The notes under the pieces were generated by a model that worked only from the letters and a program-made list of their open reading frames with translations, did not search any database and had not been told where the DNA came from. A DNA stretch of 64,000 nucleotides from Psammoneis japonica (taxonomy: Eukaryota). Below, piece by piece: positions 58,300 through 64,000 of this stretch (position 1 is its first letter; the number at the start of each line of letters is the position of its first letter). The position numbers were made by a program, and so were the translations under genes. The DNA is taken from assembly GCA_008632985.1 (NCBI GenBank), contig QPGO01000004.1, forward strand, positions 310,001-374,000, written 5' to 3'.

Positions 58300-61200
58300 G
58301 ACTTTTTTTGCACAGCAACTTGTTGCTTGCAGTAAAAAGCAGAAGCCACCACATCCCTTGTGATGCATCTGCATCCCATGTCAACGACTGACACTCCAGT
58401 TGTGAAGAATGTGAGACAGCATTTTTCTCACCTTTGCCATGCTTCACTGTGCAAAAATCAGCCTGGCACAAAAATGTGAGCCTTCTCAGTGGCGAAGCTG
58501 AGGTCATGTTTTCAAGTGTGATGGACTTTGCATTTTTTGCTCTCTCCATTTGTCTGCTCCACATTTGCAGCTCCCCAACCCCCAACAACATTGGAGCAAT
58601 GACCCAATTTGCCCAACTCTTCATCTCTGAGGAGGCCTGACTTGGCATCACTCTCCTCATCATCGCCCCTTGTGTCTTCCCTGCTTTTTGTCAAGAACTC
58701 CACCAGCGATGGCATGGGTGCATCAAACAAAAGCAAAAGTTTGTTTTGCTGTTTTGTTTTCCACGTGCTTTGGATCTGCTCTCTTTCAGCAAGTGGTGTT
58801 GCAGGTGCATCATTTCATTTTGCTCTCCAGTGGGTGGTTTGCATTGGGTGTGCACACTCTTTGTTTGAGTGGACTTGTGCAGGCATCACTGCCATGAGTG
58901 TCCCACAGCTTTTTGCTTGTTTGCAGACAGGTGTGCTGACTTTGACAGTTTTGCTTCTCAAGCCCCCTTTTTGCCCACATGGCATTGTGCAGTTTCTGCT
59001 TTGTCACAAGAAGTGCTGGCACAGCAGAGCTGCTGGACTTGTTGTGGCAGGTGAGATTTGCGTGGGTGCTTGCCATTGTTCCATTGGCAACAACTCTGTG
59101 CTCCATCCCAACTTGTGTTCATGAAAAACATTGCCCCTCTGCTTTCAGCCTTGTCAACCCCAAAATTTAATCCAATGGGGACCAACCAGCTGAGTCATCT
59201 GTGGATGTTGATGTTGGATCTCATGGATGCAAGTTGACTCAACCTGTTCAATGATTGGGGATGAGTCATCCCCAGGGTGTCAAACACAGAGCATGGGTTG
59301 ATTGGCATCTGAGGCAGCATCAAACTCTGGGGGTCTTTCTGCTGCTGCCGCATGCTCCCATGCTGTCCTTGTCAAAATTGCCCAATGGCGCTGATTCATT
59401 CTGTGTCATGAACTCAGCATGATGTGTTCACTCTGCACATGACTCTTGGAACAACACAATGAGAGCAAAACTTGTGCAAGCAAAAAAGAAAGCTGCATGA
59501 TTGGGGGTTTGCAAGCCGGTTCTGACATGACTTGCATGTTGTGCACAGTGCCATGCACACTTCATGTGCTCACCTGCTCTTCCAGTGCAAAAACTGCACA
59601 ACATTCTGGCTTTGATTTGTGAGATGTCATCATTCAGGTGGCCCAGCTCTGTTTCATGAAAGTGCCACATGGATTGTGGCATGTTGCTCAAAAGAGAGAT
59701 GTGGACATTCCAGACATGACATTTCAAAATTGTTCAATGAGATTGCTGTGTCAAGAAAAGTTGTGCTTTGGTGCACCCCACCTGATTTGACGATGGCAGA
59801 CACAATGGCATCAAAAGCACAAAATTTTACAATGACCTCCATGGTGCATGAGCAACTTGGATGAGAAACAGCAGGTTGGTTTGGTTTTGTTGCTCAGCAA
59901 AGGCTGTGGAGGGAGTTTGAGGCTTTGCCTTGCGCATGGTGACCACACATTGAGTCTCATAAATGGCGGTGATGACGCTCGCTTTTTTTGTCACAATTTT
60001 GATGGCCACCATGGTCCATTTGGACAACAAGGCAGATTTTGCTAAAAAAAATGGACCCACATGATTTCTGTGGCATCCCCACCCACTGCAGCACCAGCAA
60101 GGATTTTCTGTTCACAAGCAAGAAAAACTGGTCTGTCCCCCTCTTGAAAGAGCAACCTTTGTAAAACAACTCTGACAGCTTCTCACTGTTTGACATCATG
60201 CAAAAACCCAATCTGCAAACATCAGTCAAAAAAGTTCAACAGAGATCTTGGCAAGGAAAAAACACCATGGTGCATCAAATGATCACTGCGTGGCTTGCCA
60301 ACAAAAAAATTTGCTGAGATTTTTGACCATCATGGTCACGCAGTTTTAGTGCTGCATGGTGCTGCTTCTTGAGCATGAACAAAGTGCCACTGTCACAAAG
60401 ATGCAAGTTGCAAGAGCTGCAACAATGCCAAAAAGATTCAGCAAGTGCTTGTGTGTGTGTGTGTGGGGGGGGGGGGGGCTTTGTCCTGCTGATGTGTGTG
60501 CACATTGAGGACATTCACCATGCTGCCATTGCAAGAGATGGTGGCCAAGCAATTGACTTGCTGTGTGCAGCTGGGTGGGGCACAGCAGGGCACTTTTTGG
60601 AGAAAAGATGGCTTTCCCACAGTGGGGCTCTTCACTGCTGCATGAAAAAGTGTGCATGAGGGATTGACTGCTGTTCTTTGGCTTGGGCCACCCGCGGGGT
60701 GTGCTCAGAAAAGAACTGCCTTTTTGGGCAATCCCCAAAATTGCCAGGCAATTGCCTCACCCCATGAGGCAATTGCTCAGCAATGTGAGCAATTTGGGGC
60801 CAGTTGAATCCCCCAAAAGGTCTGGGTGACCAATTTCCAAGGAAAAGTGGCAAAACTGAGTGATTTCAAAGAGGCAGGGGTGCTTTTGAGTCTTGCACCT
60901 GCACTGCACATGGACTTGCTGCAGTCTGACAGAGGTTTGACACACTGCAACAGCAAAAAACAGATGCTGCAGTGCACAAACAAATGTTTCAGCTGGGCCC
61001 AATTGCTGCTGTTGTCCCTCTCCACTGTCAGCAGCTCCACCACAACAAAAACAAGAGCTGTCTCTTCTGCCCCCCCGTCCCCATCAATGTGATGCACAAA
61101 AATGGCACAAATGGCTGGCTTTGATGGCTTTGCTTCTTTCCATCACTTGTGATTCAAAAGATTTGGACAACATGATTTTCTGGGGCACGTGGAGGGGTGT

Positions 61201-62850
61201 CTCAAGAGGTGCATCTTGGGGCAGCGTGTCATGAGGCATGCCTTCATTGACTCTTGTGTCTTGCTGACCCCTCGTCACTGCAAACTGCAAAGCATGGACA
61301 TCACAACAACCCAACATTTTTCAGGTCAAGTTGTTTCAGACCTTTTTTGCAGCTCAGAAGGCAACATTGTGAAGCTGCACACTGGCACATCCTGTGAAGA
61401 GCAAAACCACATGCAGCAAAAGAGAGACATCCAATGACCACTTGCAACCAGCTCAACTTGTTCAGCCACTTGCCATCAACAGACAACACATCATCAACAT
61501 TGCTGTTGGTGCAATTCTTGGGATGCTTGTTTTGACTCAAACTGGAGTGCAGGGCATGCTGCAGCACTGCTGTGCTGTCATGAAGAAGTCTGATTGTTGT
61601 GTCAGAATGGCCAAATGAAGACAGGAAACAACTGTCAGCTGCTGCTCCTCCTCAGGGCTGATGCTGGGACCTGACAGCTCTCCATGTGAGTGGCAAAGAT
61701 GGCCATGACAAAAAAGGGGCAAGACAATGAAACAAAAGTGTGGCACAAGAACTGGGCAACTGCAACAGAGAGCAAAATGAGTGTTGACATGGGTTGCTTC
61801 CATGTGATGGCAAAGACTGGCAGATGGCATTGGTGCTGTTGAAAGGACTGGAGAGACAGACTGAAAAATTGCTCCAGTTCTCATGGCGGGTGTTGTGTGC
61901 TGTGTTCAGTGTTGAGGAATTGTGCACATCTGTCTGAATGAGCTCCACCTGCATCAACAAGATCTGGTGTGGTCTGCACAGTCTTCACATGATGGGAATT
62001 GCTGTTGCACAAATTTTCATTTGTTGCTGTGTGTGACACGTGAAAATGAGGCAATCACTGATGTCACTGGGTGAGACATGTCACCCATGAAAAAAGGCAG
62101 TAAAATGCAGTGGTGCCACAGCAATGGTTTTTTGAGCTGCCCCACTTGAGATCAGCCAGCACATGTGTGGACAGTGTGCCTTCAGCCATCGGCATGGCTT
62201 GAGTTGGTGAACAAGCTGCAACCTCCACCAGTCAAAGAGCAGCACTGCTGTCAAATGCCAGGAGCCACAGGTGCATGTGGCACACTCTCTTCTCTTTTTT
62301 GCCATGTGCAATGCACTCTCATCCTTGCACAGCCACTCATGCTGCTTTTCTCTTTCCTTGTCTGCCCCCCCCCCCTTGGTTTTGCACAGACAGAGTCACA
62401 TGTGATGCCCTTTGATGGATCAAGTTTTGTGGGTGTGTGATCTTTTCACACACACCTGCTGTTCTGCTGCACTCATTCACCAACAAAGAACACCTTTGTG
62501 ATTCTGTGAAAGCCCCAGCATCAATGTTGTTTTGGAGACAAATGAAGTCTCATGCACCGCAAAGTGAGGAGGGGCATCACCACACCAGAGCTGTGGAGAG
62601 AGAAAAAGAAAGCAAAGAAAAAAGGGCAGTGGGACTGCTCCACCAGGCTTGCCAACAGATGCAAGCTTGGAGCTGGCTCCTCTCTTGTTGGGCAGCAAGA
62701 TGTTCTGATGCTGGCCTCTTTCTGCCTGTCTTTTGCTGGCTCTGCCTTTCTGCCTGCCTCTCACACATGGTGTGGCCTGCCTGCATCACCTCCAATGATG
62801 GCACAGAGTCACAAGAAGGCTTGGATGTGGTCTCATGCTCCCTTCTGCTT
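58300..62850. other. Hypermutated (TpA/CpG-depleted) block, probably TE remnants
   Basis: Composition as in 1-10700; shares a short diverged segment with 9530-9660. Confidence 0.8.
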
Positions 62851-63081
62851 GTGTTGATAGAGTTGTGATGCACTGTTCGAAGTGGTGCTGGCAGCCAGCA
62901 TGTTTATGTTTTGTGCAGATAAGGCATAACACGCCCCTGTTGATGGGGTGACTACATCATGACATGCGTCCCTTGCTTCAACTAAGCACGACGCCTCTGT
63001 GAATGAAGCCATGTCGCAGCAGCAGAAAAGCAAGCAGATTATACATGTTACAGCGCACAGTAGAGAAATCGAACCATTACC

Positions 63082-64000
63082 CTACGGATTCGGGTCAACC
63101 ATTGTTCTCTTCTTCTTACGGTTTTCCCAGAAAAGCTGTTTGCGCAAGGGGAGGGGGCCGGTCCGGTTACCACGACGAAGCAGCGTGGAAGTAGGTGGAC
63201 GATAGCGTGCCTTAGGGATGTCAAATTCTTCCTTGAGACGACGGAAAAAATCGCAGTCGATGCGAATGAGTTCTTGGGCAAATTCATATACCATAGTGTC
63301 AAGCGCATTCAACATGCTGTAGTTTTCCCTGTTGTAAGAGTTGGAGTAGTTGGCGGCAGCAACACGATGATGCTCAATTTCTGTCTTATGAAAGCCCATG
63401 AATCCAATTGTGTCCTCGAAGCAGACACTCGACTCGACATTGATAATGAAATCAAATCGCGAAAGCATACGTCTCGCCATGTTGACGTGACCAATGGTCG
63501 GCTGAAAGCCTTCCGGATAATCCGAGCTACCTGCGGTCAAACTCCACGTCATGTAGTTTGACTGAACAATCTGCAACCGTTCCGTCCTTCCCGCGTCGGT
63601 AAAGTTGCGTTTTCCGAAACAGGTCTGAGATAGCCACATGTTTACATTGCTAATTGCCCGTGCCACAGGTTCACGAATCGAAATCGAATGAGCAAACTCA
63701 GAACAAAACAAACTGTCATCATGATCAAGCCATCGCTCGTTTCCAATAAAGTCATACGGGGAATCTACTGCTTCTCGACAGGACAGGGACTGTCGTGTAA
63801 CGCAATAGTTACACCAGAACGGACATAAAGCTTTGTGCCGACAGAGCTTTGGGGGCGCCTTGAGTCCATTGTCCCTGACTAGCCGACAGAGACTGGTTCC
63901 ACCCGTCTTGGGGATGTGCAAGTTGTATTGTCTCATGTGAATCCGCGGTATAAATGCCTTAGCAAAGTACTGAAAGTGACGATCAAAGCAAGACGGATCG
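63082..64000 (-). CDS. Sulfotransferase-like protein, paralog 3 (5' end outside the window)
   Basis: LHIPKTGGTS and IREPVARAIS motifs; the frame is open to the window end. Confidence 0.85.
   Translation of the reverse strand, partial: DPSCFDRHFQYFAKAFIPRIHMRQYNLHIPKTGGTSLCRLVRDNGLKAPPKLCRHKALCPFWCNYCVTRQSLSCREAVDSPYDFIGNERWLDHDDSLFCSEFAHSISIREPVARAISNVNMWLSQTCFGKRNFTDAGRTERLQIVQSNYMTWSLTAGSSDYPEGFQPTIGHVNMARRMLSRFDFIINVESSVCFEDTIGFMGFHKTEIEHHRVAAANYSNSYNRENYSMLNALDTMVYEFAQELIRIDCDFFRRLKEEFDIPKARYRPPTSTLLRRGNRTGPLPLRKQLFWENRKKKRTMVDPNP

Noticed and set aside
1..64000. Classical fungal RIP or plain CpG decay as the explanation
   Set aside because: RIP creates TpA, and CpG decay does not remove it. 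TA is lost where CG persists.

Overview
Eukaryotic nuclear DNA, most likely a pennate diatom. This is inferred from the compact genes with ~70-210 nt GT-AG introns, an HSF factor, a COG3899-type ATPase and CoDi-like Ty1/copia elements. The window alternates between normal gene islands (about 11.8-14 kb, 20.6-41.1 kb, and three sulfotransferase-like paralogs at 44, 53 and 63 kb) and transposon-derived blocks (1-11.7 kb, 14.1-20.6 kb, 41.2-43.6 kb, 45.5-52.7 kb, 54.5-62.8 kb). The main signal is that the transposon blocks have lost almost all TpA dinucleotides, apparently by TA->TG or TA->CA, i.e. A->G on either strand. Conserved Tyr residues become Cys or His, and Leu, Ile and Val become Pro/Ser, Thr and Ala. 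In the younger elements (an intact-structure copia with 97% identical LTRs, and a MULE-like element) TpA is lost while CpG is still abundant; the older blocks have lost both. This points to a transposon-targeted A:T->G:C hypermutation process running opposite to fungal RIP. It seems to leak into flanking host sequence but spares duplicated host genes. Other points of interest: a copia primer-binding site resembling the D-arm of initiator tRNA-Met, an HNH gene split by the copia (TSD AACGG), a UBA plus viral-tegument-like deubiquitinase candidate, and a mosaic sulfotransferase array. All counts are manual and all family assignments come from motif recognition, not database searches.
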